Shown here in pieces: positions 1 to 10,577 of a DNA stretch of 64,000 nt. Both the position numbers and the translations under genes were made by a program. Location: sequence record DRR378314_1742; one strand, written 5' to 3'. Numbering within the stretch: the first letter of the stretch is position 1; each line of letters opens with the position of its first letter. A model generated the notes under the pieces. The model ran no database searches and had not been told where the DNA came from. It saw only the letters and a program-made list of their open reading frames with translations.

Positions 1-133
1 CCAATTCCATCAACGAAAAACTAAACCGACAGGAAGTCTCAAAACTGAGGCATTGAGTTTTTCCTATGCTTAGAAATTTGCTTCGTATTTAAAAGCATCT
101 TGGCTGTATAAATTTTTGGTGCAATCTCACCTT

Positions 134-931
134 CTACGACTTTGTTGCAAGGACATCATAATGCCTACCTTTACGGAGTTTCTGGAACTTCTTGAATCCT
201 GCGGTTCGAAGAATATTTTCCAGCTCTATAGGATTTAGCCAACGCTCATCCACTTCATAATATATTTCGGAAATACGTTCACTAAGACCAGAACAAACCA
301 ATTGCTCAATTACCGTGCGCTCAAACCCCTCAACATCAATTTTAACAAAAATAGGTAAATTTCTGTCATCAACTGCAGACGCCAAATCACCGCCATCGAT
401 TGTGCTTATTTCAACTTCTTTGCCTTCGGCATTTATGGAATTTTGGTTGGCTAGAGAAGCAGCGCCACTATGATTGTTTTTGATCTTGATTTTAGCTATG
501 GAAGTCGTATCGGACACTGCTTTTTGCACCGCAACACATTTATGATCGATCTTATTTAGCTCAATATTCTTTACCAAAAGTCGATATGTTTCCGGAACAG
601 GCTCAAACGCATAACTTTGAATGTTGTTCGGATTCAAAGCCGCGCAAAGCGTATACAAACCTTGATTTGCACCGATATCAAGAAAAACGAAATCACTGTT
701 TATATCAGTCAATCGATTCCAGTAATAATCTCCATAGGTTCCTGCAACATAGTATTTATATGTGGAGTCACTGTAATTTGCAGCAAGCAACACCCCATAC
801 CGTGACCTAACTGCAGACAATCGTATCAATTTAGCAATCGCCAACTTTGCAAAATAAAAGCGATAAGACAGACGCCGCAAAACACCCCCAGCGCCCTCCT
901 CACTTAATATTTCTAGCAGTCTATTATTCAC
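134..931 (-). CDS. FkbM-family SAM-dependent methyltransferase
   Basis: Motifs FLDIGANQG, AFEP, KIDVEGFE. The ORF is open to 1051; GTG at 931 with a purine-rich upstream run is the more plausible start. Region is AT-rich. Confidence 0.85.
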   Translation of the reverse strand: MNNRLLEILSEEGAGGVLRRLSYRFYFAKLAIAKLIRLSAVRSRYGVLLAANYSDSTYKYYVAGTYGDYYWNRLTDINSDFVFLDIGANQGLYTLCAALNPNNIQSYAFEPVPETYRLLVKNIELNKIDHKCVAVQKAVSDTTSIAKIKIKNNHSGAASLANQNSINAEGKEVEISTIDGGDLASAVDDRNLPIFVKIDVEGFERTVIEQLVCSGLSERISEIYYEVDERWLNPIELENILRTAGFKKFQKLRKGRHYDVLATKS

Positions 932-1595
932 TATTTTCCAACCTTTCGGACATTTAGGTTCCTGTATTTCCAGTGATCTTAATTCATAAAATTCTAATCC
1001 CTCTATTTTAAAATAAATACCTAAATGAGAATATGTCACCTGATATTTCAATTTTTTTGAATAAAGTTTTCAATAATGCAGCCGATATTCTTAAACAGGA
1101 AACAACAGAACCCAGACATAACTAACCCAACTTAAGGACGGATTAATTCAATTGGTTACGAAAGCAGACCGCGAATTGAGAGTCTCCAGTTATGGTGGTT
1201 TTACGGCAAATACTAACACCGCACTTTCGCTAAGTCTTTTGCAGAACCACAGAATTTTTAAAAGTAACCTTAAGGTTCCGCCCTAGAAATATGCTCTACT
1301 CAAAGTGACGGGCATCATCTGTACTTGGGAGCACTGGCAGAATTTGTTAGCCGATTTTGTGATCGATTTTTTCATATCTCGATATTTTATTTTTTCTTAC
1401 AAATCAATCAATATCGATATTAATTCAACTATTCCTAGTGAGAATATCTTTGACTCTAGTTGTTTTGGGCCCAGGATGTTTTGCACATTGTGTGCAATCT
1501 TCAGCTCATCGTCACCGACCTCAGTGTTTCACGAGGCCGGTGATATTTATGACGGCTGGATTAGTGAATTGAACGCAAAGATTATTCGCATACAA

Positions 1596-3143
1596 CTACT
1601 CCCATTCAATGGTCCCTGGGGGTTTTGAGGTGGTGTCATAGACGACGCGGTTGATGCCTTGAACCTCATTGATGATCCGGGTGGAGACGCGGCCCAGGAA
1701 ATCATGTTCAAATGGGTAATAGTCGGCGGTCATACCATCTGTTGAGGTCACCGCCCGAAGGGCGCAGACAAAATCATAGGTCCTGTTATCCCCCATGACA
1801 CCGACGGTCCGAACAGGCAGCAAAACGGCGAAGGCCTGCCAGATTTTCTCATAAAGACCGGCTTCGCGGATCTCCTCCAGATAAATCAAATCTGCTTTTC
1901 TCAGGATATCAAGGCGCTCGCGAGACAACTCGCCGGGTACCCGGATGGCAAGGCCCGGCCCTGGGAACGGATGCCGGTCCACCAGTTTTTTGGACATACC
2001 CAGCTCACGGCCCAGTTCCCGAACTTCGTCTTTAAACAGTTCCCGAAACGGCTCCAGCAATTGCAGGTCCATCCGCTCGGGCAAGCCACCAACGTTATGA
2101 TGAGATTTAATCGTAACACTTGGTCCGCCGGCAAAAGAAACAGATTCGATCACATCCGGATAAAGAGTGCCTTGCGCCAAGAATTTAGCGCCGCCTACCT
2201 TGCTGGCTTCTTCATCAAACACATCAATAAAGATCCGGCCAATGGTTTTCCGCTTAATCTCCGGATCGGAAACCCCATCAAGTTCCGCCAGAAACAAGTC
2301 CGAAGCATCTCGGTGAATAAGCGGAATATTGTAATGGTCGCGGAAAAGGCTCACCACCTGCTCGGATTCGCCGGTGCGCATCAGGCCATTATCCACATAA
2401 ACGCAAGTTAGCTGATCGCCAATGGCTTCGTGGATCAGCACCGCCGCAACAGAGCTATCCACCCCACCGGACAGGCCGCAAATAACTTTGGCATCGCCGA
2501 CTTTATCGCGGATCGCGGCAATAGACTGCTCCTTAAACGCGGCCATGGTCCAATCGCCAGGAAGACCGCAGATTTTATGGACGAAATTGGAAATCAGTAA
2601 ATGACCCTGCAGCGTATGAATAACTTCAGGATGGAACTGGGTGCCGTAGAATTTTTTCTCTTCATTTGCAATCACGGCAAACGGGGCCCCCCGGGAGGTT
2701 GCCACCGTTTCAAATCCGTCAGGAATTTTTGTCACTGTATCGCCGTGGCTCATCCAAACCTGATCATGCCCCCCCACGGACCAGATACCTTCAAACAGGC
2801 TGCAATCCTTGACGATGTTCAACTGTGCCCGGCCGAACTCCCGATGATCCGGTGCTTCGACCCGACCACCAAGCTGGGCACATATTGTCTGCTGACCATA
2901 ACAGATGCCCAGAACCGGCACCCCCATGGTAAATACCTTTTCGGGTGCGCGCGGTGTTTCATCCCCAATGACCGATGCAGGACCACCTGAGAGGATAATT
3001 CCTTTGGGATTAAAACTGTCCAGTTTTTCTGCAGCAGTGTTGAAAGGGACAATTTCACTATAAACCCCAGCCTCGCGGACCCGGCGCGCGATAAGCTGAG
3101 TGACCTGACTTCCAAAGTCGATGATCAGAATACTGTTTTTCAT
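1596..3143 (-). CDS. guaA: GMP synthase (glutamine-hydrolysing)
   Basis: GATase motifs LGICYG and [22 protein letters not shown]-terminal KPPGTIEWE. Confidence 0.99.
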   Translation of the reverse strand: MKNSILIIDFGSQVTQLIARRVREAGVYSEIVPFNTAAEKLDSFNPKGIILSGGPASVIGDETPRAPEKVFTMGVPVLGICYGQQTICAQLGGRVEAPDHREFGRAQLNIVKDCSLFEGIWSVGGHDQVWMSHGDTVTKIPDGFETVATSRGAPFAVIANEEKKFYGTQFHPEVIHTLQGHLLISNFVHKICGLPGDWTMAAFKEQSIAAIRDKVGDAKVICGLSGGVDSSVAAVLIHEAIGDQLTCVYVDNGLMRTGESEQVVSLFRDHYNIPLIHRDASDLFLAELDGVSDPEIKRKTIGRIFIDVFDEEASKVGGAKFLAQGTLYPDVIESVSFAGGPSVTIKSHHNVGGLPERMDLQLLEPFRELFKDEVRELGRELGMSKKLVDRHPFPGPGLAIRVPGELSRERLDILRKADLIYLEEIREAGLYEKIWQAFAVLLPVRTVGVMGDNRTYDFVCALRAVTSTDGMTADYYPFEHDFLGRVSTRIINEVQGINRVVYDTTSKPPGTIEWE

Positions 3144-3149
3144 AGACGG

Positions 3150-3178
3150 TATTTACAGAGAGATCAGGCTAAAGTCCA
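3150..3178 (-). promoter_or_regulatory. Putative sigma70 promoter of guaA (leaderless geometry)
   Basis: TGGACT-17 nt-TAAATA, then 6 nt to the ATG; no Shine-Dalgarno. Confidence 0.5.
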
Positions 3179-3218
3179 GCCGGATTTTGGGCGAAAACTG
3201 CACTTTTTTAGCAACTTG

Positions 3219-3530
3219 TTAAACGCTGCCTTTTCGCTCGATCACCAGGATGCGGGCGGGCCCTTTAGGATGGGCTACATGTTCATCTCCTGCCTGGGCA
3301 TGAAAAATATCACCGGGTGTTAAATTCCAGCATTTTTCACCGTCCCGATCCCGGGTCAGCATCTCCACCTGACCATCCAGAACAACGAACACTTCCGGCC
3401 CATCATTGATATGCCACTTATACGGCTGATCCGTCCAATGCAGGCGAACGCTTGCCCCGTCTATCTGCTCAATATCCAGAGCGTCCCAGGCTGTTTTACC
3501 AGTGAAATCAGTGGGTGTTATTTTCCGCAT
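3219..3530 (-). CDS. Cupin-domain protein
   Basis: Cupin motifs WHINDGPEVFVVLDG and GDEHVAHP. Confidence 0.85.
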   Translation of the reverse strand: MRKITPTDFTGKTAWDALDIEQIDGASVRLHWTDQPYKWHINDGPEVFVVLDGQVEMLTRDRDGEKCWNLTPGDIFHAQAGDEHVAHPKGPARILVIERKGSV

Positions 3531-3551
3531 AACTTTATTGGGATCGCCCGG

Positions 3552-4037
3552 TCAGCCCTGACCACCCCGATAGTTGGCAATTGCCCGTTGCAACATTGTG
3601 TATTCAGCACAGCCAAAGCTGCAGATCGCATCCAATTTCTTTAGATGCTCTTCCGCCTTGGCCAGGTTATCCGTTTTTAAATAAGCCTCGCCAATATACT
3701 CATGTGCACCTTTGTGATTTGGGTCAATCGCCAATGCTTTGTTATAAGCCTTAAACGCCGCTTCATAATTACCATTTTGACGGTTGGCATAGCCGATATA
3801 ATTAAAGGCATCGGCGTTCTTCGGCTCGCTGGCAACAACTTTTTCAAAGGAAGAAATTGCCATTTGCCAGTTCTCTGCCTCAATTTGCTGCTTGCCCTTG
3901 GCAAAATCAGCATTCTTGTCCTCAGCGATTTCAGAGTTGCCGGAGCTGCTGCTGCCCATGGCGAAAACCATTTCAGCATTCAGAAGATGGGTTGCGGCCA
4001 TTGCATAAAGCACCAGGGCCAAGCCTCGAAATTTCAT
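3552..4037 (-). CDS. Exported tetratricopeptide-repeat protein
   Basis: Signal-peptide-like N-terminus; TPRs (PKNADAFNYIG, PNHKGAHEYIG); C-terminal CSFGC. Confidence 0.85.
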   Translation of the reverse strand: MKFRGLALVLYAMAATHLLNAEMVFAMGSSSSGNSEIAEDKNADFAKGKQQIEAENWQMAISSFEKVVASEPKNADAFNYIGYANRQNGNYEAAFKAYNKALAIDPNHKGAHEYIGEAYLKTDNLAKAEEHLKKLDAICSFGCAEYTMLQRAIANYRGGQG

Positions 4038-4089
4038 GTTACCTTCACCTGTTAGAAGCGTCCTTTTGACTTTATACGCTCAAAGTTCA

Positions 4090-4118
4090 ATATGGGATCA
4101 TCCTAGCTCTGAAACAAG
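4090..4118 (-). promoter_or_regulatory. Putative RpoH (sigma32) promoter of the TPR gene
   Basis: CTTG-N18-CCCATAT, matching the alphaproteobacterial RpoH consensus, about 50 nt upstream of the ATG. Confidence 0.5.
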
Positions 4119-4135
4119 GCAACAGTTTGATGCGG

Positions 4136-5440
4136 CTAACGGCTCTTTTTCATCAGGGCGATAAAAAAGCCATCTGCCCCGAATTGATCAGGTGTGATCT
4201 GAAGATACGGTGTTTCAGGTGGCTCCCCACCCAAATTCGCCGACGACCAGTTTTCCGCCACCGGAATTTGTGTGAATTCAGGATGCTGGGTCAGGAACCC
4301 TTCTACCTGCGTCTGGTTTTCTTCCGGCAACAGGGAACAGGTTGCATAAACCAGACAACCGCCCGGCTTCACGAACTGAGAGGCCTGAGCCAGAACGCCT
4401 TTTTGCAAATCGATTAACTCGGCCAACCGATCTTCATTGAACGTCCATTTTTGATCAGGCTGACGTCGCCAGGTGCCGGAACCGCTGCAGGGGGCATCGA
4501 CGAACACAACATCCATTTCCAGCATGAGATCCAGCAATTCACCAGTTAAAGTGCCCATTGTGGGCAGCACTTTGGTCTCAATACACTCAACCCCGGCCCG
4601 CTTACAGCGCGGATTAATATCGCGCATGCGCTTGCGATCAACATCCAACGCAATCAGCCGCCCCTGATTTTGCATGCAATCCGCCATTGCCAACGCTTTA
4701 CCGCCGCCGCCAGCACAATAATCCATCACTGTCATGCCGGGTTGCACAGTCGCCAAAAGCGCTGCAATCTGCGCAGCTTCGTCCTGAACTTCGATCACAC
4801 CTTCCCGATAGAGGTCATGCTGCATCAGATTTTTAGGTGCTTTCAAGGTAAAACCATTGGGCGAATAGGCGGTTGCCGCCGCCTCTATTCCCTCTTTTTC
4901 AAGCTGTGCCAGCACGCTTTGCACATCAGACTTTTGCCGGTTAACCCGGAAAGTTGCCGGTGCCCTCTCTTTAAAAGCCGCCAGAATGGCCTCTGCGCGC
5001 GGCCCATAAGCCTCCTTGATTTTGGAGACGATCCAGATTGGCAGGTTGGCCAGACTGTCTTCTGACAAATCAGTGTCCAGCGGGGATACCCAGGCCTTCA
5101 TCAATTGATCTTCCGCCTCAGTCAACGGCGGAAGCGCATGTGGGCCAGAGAAATACGCTTTTTTGACATCTTCCAGAAGCTGACCATCAAAGGCCAACAA
5201 TGACATGATGGCACGCAGGCGGGCAGTAACGGGTAACTGCAGAAACGACAGATAGCCGTCCAGTTCCCCCCGCCGCCGAAGAATCATATAGAATTTTTCG
5301 GTAATCCAGCGGCGATCTTTGGAGCCAGCAAAACGCCGGTTCCTGAAATAGGTAGAAACCACAAATTCAGCCCTGCTTTCACTTTCATCAAGAAGTGCAA
5401 GCAATTCCGAAACTGCAGCCACACGGGCTGACGGTGTCAT
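4136..5440 (-). CDS. RsmB/NOP family RNA cytosine-C5 methyltransferase
   Basis: VQDEAAQ, DYCAGGGGK, DAPCSGSGTWRR, YATCS, DGFFIA. Confidence 0.95.
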   Translation of the reverse strand: MTPSARVAAVSELLALLDESESRAEFVVSTYFRNRRFAGSKDRRWITEKFYMILRRRGELDGYLSFLQLPVTARLRAIMSLLAFDGQLLEDVKKAYFSGPHALPPLTEAEDQLMKAWVSPLDTDLSEDSLANLPIWIVSKIKEAYGPRAEAILAAFKERAPATFRVNRQKSDVQSVLAQLEKEGIEAAATAYSPNGFTLKAPKNLMQHDLYREGVIEVQDEAAQIAALLATVQPGMTVMDYCAGGGGKALAMADCMQNQGRLIALDVDRKRMRDINPRCKRAGVECIETKVLPTMGTLTGELLDLMLEMDVVFVDAPCSGSGTWRRQPDQKWTFNEDRLAELIDLQKGVLAQASQFVKPGGCLVYATCSLLPEENQTQVEGFLTQHPEFTQIPVAENWSSANLGGEPPETPYLQITPDQFGADGFFIALMKKSR

Positions 5441-5463
5441 TATTCCCCCTGACCAGTGGTCAT

Positions 5464-6956
<1,493 letters not shown>

Positions 6957-7097
6957 ACGGCAAGTTTTAAAATTCCTAGACCTAAAATCACAGGTTTGAT
7001 TTTTTTTAAAAGTCGTGGCCGGGAATACCCGTTTTGGGGCTGAACCGTTCAGAAACCGGCCGCGCGACGAAACTATCTTGCGAGCCGGCGGACCAGC

Positions 7098-7814
7098 TCA
7101 CCCCTTGAAGCCCGTGGCAATGACATATGCCTCTCGCGAATCTGCACGACTGGCTTCGGGTTTAGCATGACGGACAATGGCAAAATTCCGCTTCATCAGA
7201 TCCAGCAATTCATTTTCCGTGCCGCCTTTGAGAACCTTTGCAATAAAGACCCCACCTGGCGCCAGCACATCCACCGCAAAATCCAGTGCCAGCTCACACA
7301 TGTAAACGATCCGTAGATGATCGGTTTGGCGGTGCCCGGTTGTGGGTGCCGCCATATCAGAAATCACCGCGTTCACAGGTCCGCCCAGCCGTTCCTTAAC
7401 CTTCACATCGGCATCTTCCGTTGTGAAATCCAGCTGCATGACCTCGGCACCGGCAATCGGCTCCATCTCAAGGATGTCCACGGCCAGAACCTGACCCTTG
7501 CCTTTCATAGCACCAACCCGGTCAATGGCAACCTGGGTCCATCCACCGGGGGCAGCCCCCAGATCAACAACCGTATCGCCGGATTTCAGCAGTTTATATT
7601 TATCATCCAGCTGCATCAGCTTGAACGCTGCCCGGCTGCGAAGGCCGCGGCTTCTGGCTTCGACCACATACGGGTCATTCAATTGACGCTCCAGCCAGAG
7701 GGTCGATGAATACTTCCGCCCTCTGGCAGATTTCACTTTGGTGTGCAGCAACCGACCCGTTGTCTCGCTAGATCCAACGCCGGCTTTCTTGCCTTTTTTT
7801 CCTGTGCCTGCCAT
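7098..7814 (-). CDS. rlmE: 23S rRNA Um2552 methyltransferase RlmE/FtsJ
   Basis: RSRAAFKL, DLGAAPGGW, SDMA, KPEASR. Confidence 0.97.
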   Translation of the reverse strand: MAGTGKKGKKAGVGSSETTGRLLHTKVKSARGRKYSSTLWLERQLNDPYVVEARSRGLRSRAAFKLMQLDDKYKLLKSGDTVVDLGAAPGGWTQVAIDRVGAMKGKGQVLAVDILEMEPIAGAEVMQLDFTTEDADVKVKERLGGPVNAVISDMAAPTTGHRQTDHLRIVYMCELALDFAVDVLAPGGVFIAKVLKGGTENELLDLMKRNFAIVRHAKPEASRADSREAYVIATGFKG

Positions 7815-8917
7815 TAGCCTAACTTCTCACTCACATCATCTGTTTGGACTTTGGGCGCCGGCTTGACCTCTCGATCCGCTTGCTGCATTAGCCCCTGTAA
7901 TATCCCTTCGCGAACGCCCCGGTCAGCGACTCTCAGCTTTCGAAAAGGCCACGCGTTATACATGGCCTGAACAATTGCACAACCCGAAACAACCAGATCG
8001 GCCCGCTCCACACCGATACAAGGCTCGGCAACCCGTTGCTCATAATTGCTGGCGGCCAGCCGCTCACAAATATCAATAATGCGCGCCGTGTTGATCCACG
8101 CACCATCAACCCTGCGCCGGTTATACCGGGGCAAACCGAACAGGACGCCGGCCAATGTGGTCACCGTTCCCGACGTTCCCAGCATCTGAACCCGCCCGGC
8201 CCGCACATGCTGGGCAATCTGAAAACGATCTTCAAAGGCCTGAACATGTTCCGCCACATCGGCGATCATATTTGCATAAGCGCCATCGGATATCGACACA
8301 TCACCATGACGCTCAGTCAGTGAGACAACGCCATAGGGGATGGAGGTCCAGCCGAGAATTAAATTCTGCCGTCCTTTTCCCAATTTCAACCAGACCAGTT
8401 CGGTACTGCCGCCGCCAATATCAAAAACCAGCGCATAGCGGTTTCGGTAATCCAGCAAAGGCGCACAGCCGTCCAACGCAAGGTTCGCTTCCTCCTGCGT
8501 TGAAATGATATCCAGCTCAATGCCGACATCTTTGCGAACCCGGCTTAAAAATTCATCGCTGTTGGCGGCTTTGCGGCAGACTTCTGTTGCAACACAGCGC
8601 ATTCGGGAGACACCCCGCCGCTGCATTTTATCTGCACATACACCTAGCGCTTCAATTGTTCTATCAATGGCCAGTTCAGACAGTTGGCCGCTTTTGCTAA
8701 CGCCCTCGCCCAGCCGGACGATCCGCGAGAAACTGTCAATAACTCTAAAACTCTGCGCTTCGGGCTTTGCAACCAGCAAGCGGCAGTTGTTAGTCCCTAG
8801 ATCCACGGCCCCAAATGTATGGGACCATCTTCCTTTACTCAGTCGTTTTGGTCTAGGTTTCCGTCGATATCTCCTACGATTGTCGCGCCCAGCTTTTGGA
8901 CTATCTGACAATGTCAC
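7814..8917 (-). CDS. Ppx/GppA family phosphatase
   Basis: DLGTNNCRL, DIGGGSTE, GVREG. Stop overlaps the rlmE start (TAATG). Confidence 0.93.
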   Translation of the reverse strand: MTLSDSPKAGRDNRRRYRRKPRPKRLSKGRWSHTFGAVDLGTNNCRLLVAKPEAQSFRVIDSFSRIVRLGEGVSKSGQLSELAIDRTIEALGVCADKMQRRGVSRMRCVATEVCRKAANSDEFLSRVRKDVGIELDIISTQEEANLALDGCAPLLDYRNRYALVFDIGGGSTELVWLKLGKGRQNLILGWTSIPYGVVSLTERHGDVSISDGAYANMIADVAEHVQAFEDRFQIAQHVRAGRVQMLGTSGTVTTLAGVLFGLPRYNRRRVDGAWINTARIIDICERLAASNYEQRVAEPCIGVERADLVVSGCAIVQAMYNAWPFRKLRVADRGVREGILQGLMQQADREVKPAPKVQTDDVSEKLG

Positions 8918-9079
8918 TCAATTTGCCCTCCAGGACATCATAAATTCTGCCTACCGGCACTTTGATGCATAGAATAACAGCAATCGGGATAAGATTTCAT
9001 AAAAATTTTCACCTGAAACCAAATTGCAGACCCGACTGCGCAAATCCCCCGTTTTGAAAAAAGATTTTCAATTTGCCAA

Positions 9080-9108
9080 TTGACAGATTTTACCGGGCTT
9101 GGTAGTGA
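9080..9108 (+). promoter_or_regulatory. sigma70 promoter of tRNA-Gln
   Basis: TTGACA-17 nt-TAGTGA followed by a GC-rich discriminator. Confidence 0.65.
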
Positions 9109-9141
9109 AGCCGCCTGCATAGCGCCAAACGCGCCCGCTAC

Positions 9142-9215
9142 TGGGGAATCGTCTAATGGTAGGACAGCGGACTCTGACTCCGTCAATCCAGGTTCGAGTC
9201 CTGGTTCCCCAGCCA
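9142..9215 (+). tRNA. tRNA-Gln (CTG)
   Basis: Cloverleaf: TGGGGAA/TTCCCCA acceptor stem, GCGGA-CTCTGAC-TCCGT anticodon arm, GGTTCGAGTCC T-arm, encoded CCA. Confidence 0.98.
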
Positions 9216-9296
9216 AATTTCCAAACCACCGCCCGCAACCCAAAAACCTAATCTGTGCTGCGCTTGCTGTGACGTGATTGCATTTGCTGAGCGCAA

Positions 9297-9330
9297 CAAA
9301 AAAGGCAGGTCATAAAACCTGCCTTTTGTT
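9297..9330. terminator. Bidirectional intrinsic terminator
   Basis: AAAAGGCAGGT-cataaa-ACCTGCCTTTT between convergent tRNA-Gln and ORF 9354-9605. Confidence 0.85.
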
Positions 9331-9353
9331 TACCCAGCTATTAATATGGGTTC

Positions 9354-9605
9354 TCAGGAGCGAGAACCGAGCTCTTCCACAACCTCGGTAATGTCTCCTA
9401 ATTCTGCTGTCAGGGTGCGAAGTTGTCGACCCTTCTCCAAGAACGGAGTTGTATTCTTTTCAGAGACCAATTCGGTCAACATATCCAGCGCCGCGCTGTT
9501 GGCCATATTCGCCCGATCCGCAACTGTCTTGCGATCAACGGTGGCGTCACCTGAAAAATCACTCTTAAATTGGCTAACCAGAGACTTCAATTCGACCGGC
9601 TGCAT
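9354..9605 (-). CDS. Hypothetical protein (83 aa, helical)
   Basis: AAGGA RBS upstream; ends at the terminator; no family recognised. Confidence 0.65.
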   Translation of the reverse strand: MQPVELKSLVSQFKSDFSGDATVDRKTVADRANMANSAALDMLTELVSEKNTTPFLEKGRQLRTLTAELGDITEVVEELGSRS

Positions 9606-9819
9606 TGGAATATCCTTGTTCCAGACCTTATACTCATGACCCAGAATTTAAAGTAACACCGTAAACAAAGTCTTAACAAACATGTAGAGCAAAATTATCT
9701 AATAGACAAATAAAACTGCAGAAGAAAACCCCTTTTTAACTATTTTCCTGCACCCTCTAGCCAATTGCTAACACGAGGGTCGTTCCAATTGGAGCCTCTT
9801 CGCCATTTTTGGGGGAAAA

Positions 9820-10158
9820 ATGACACATCAAGAGACACAAAACCGGCGCCAGCACAAACGCGTGATTGTGTCACAGCCTGCTACGATCACGACAGTGGAT
9901 GAAAACTACACAGGCCGCATCCTGAATATCTCTGCCGGTGGGGCCGGCATCAGCCTTGATGTCCAGCTCAAGGACAATTCACGGATCACCGTAAATATTG
10001 AGGATCTGGGCTTAATTCCGGCGCGTGTCGTTCGGAACATGAAAGAAGGCGTTGGCGTAAAGTTCGAAATTTCCGAAGAAAAAGAAAAACGGTTTATTGA
10101 ACAGATCACCCAGATTATTGAGCGCAAACGCCTGCAGGCAACCCAAAATATCGCCTGA
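9820..10158 (+). CDS. Single-domain PilZ protein (putative c-di-GMP receptor)
   Basis: RxxxR (RRQHKR) and D/NxSxxG (NISAGG) motifs, GVKF. Confidence 0.9.
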   Translation: MTHQETQNRRQHKRVIVSQPATITTVDENYTGRILNISAGGAGISLDVQLKDNSRITVNIEDLGLIPARVVRNMKEGVGVKFEISEEKEKRFIEQITQIIERKRLQATQNIA

Positions 10159-10170
10159 AGTTTGAGAGTA

Positions 10171-10425
10171 TTAGCCCCCTTGCCGTCCGGCAAACAGGAT
10201 TTGTCGGGCATCTTTATGAAACTCCTCTGCCAGCAGCCATTCACCTCGTAACTCTGACAGAGATTTCTGAGCATCCGCCTCAGATAACTGGCTTTGCGAA
10301 TTCAGCGCCGCCAGCGTTTCAACACCGGCGTCACCAGCCAGCGCAAAGCCTTTTGCCAGATAGGCAGACTTTCGATCCTCGATCCATTCGTCTAACGCAT
10401 CCACTTGTTCTTGCGTAATTTGCAT
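10171..10425 (-). CDS. Hypothetical protein (84 aa)
   Basis: GAGG RBS, protein-like composition; no family recognised. Confidence 0.65.
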   Translation of the reverse strand: MQITQEQVDALDEWIEDRKSAYLAKGFALAGDAGVETLAALNSQSQLSEADAQKSLSELRGEWLLAEEFHKDARQILFAGRQGG

Positions 10426-10577
10426 TTTTTCCTCTTTCGATCGGTTTTCATCAGCTTAGTGGCCAAACAGAAACGAACTATTAACTTTGGGGTCGTATTA
10501 GTTAAAATTCTAGCCAAATAGGTTATACTTCCGTAACTTCTAATTCGAATATAGTTGATGTTTTTAAAGGGAACTCC

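Noticed and set aside
1481-1497. TTGCACA-TTG-TGTGCAA as an NtrC site
   Set aside because: The palindrome is real, but its spacing is 2 nt shorter than TGCAC-N7-GTGCA and no sigma54 promoter is evident nearby.
1305-1628. 107-aa plus-strand ORF overlapping the guaA end
   Set aside because: Antisense overlap, no motifs and no RBS; probably spurious.
8938-9277. ORFs 8938-9243 and 9080-9277
   Set aside because: They are translations across the tRNA-Gln gene.
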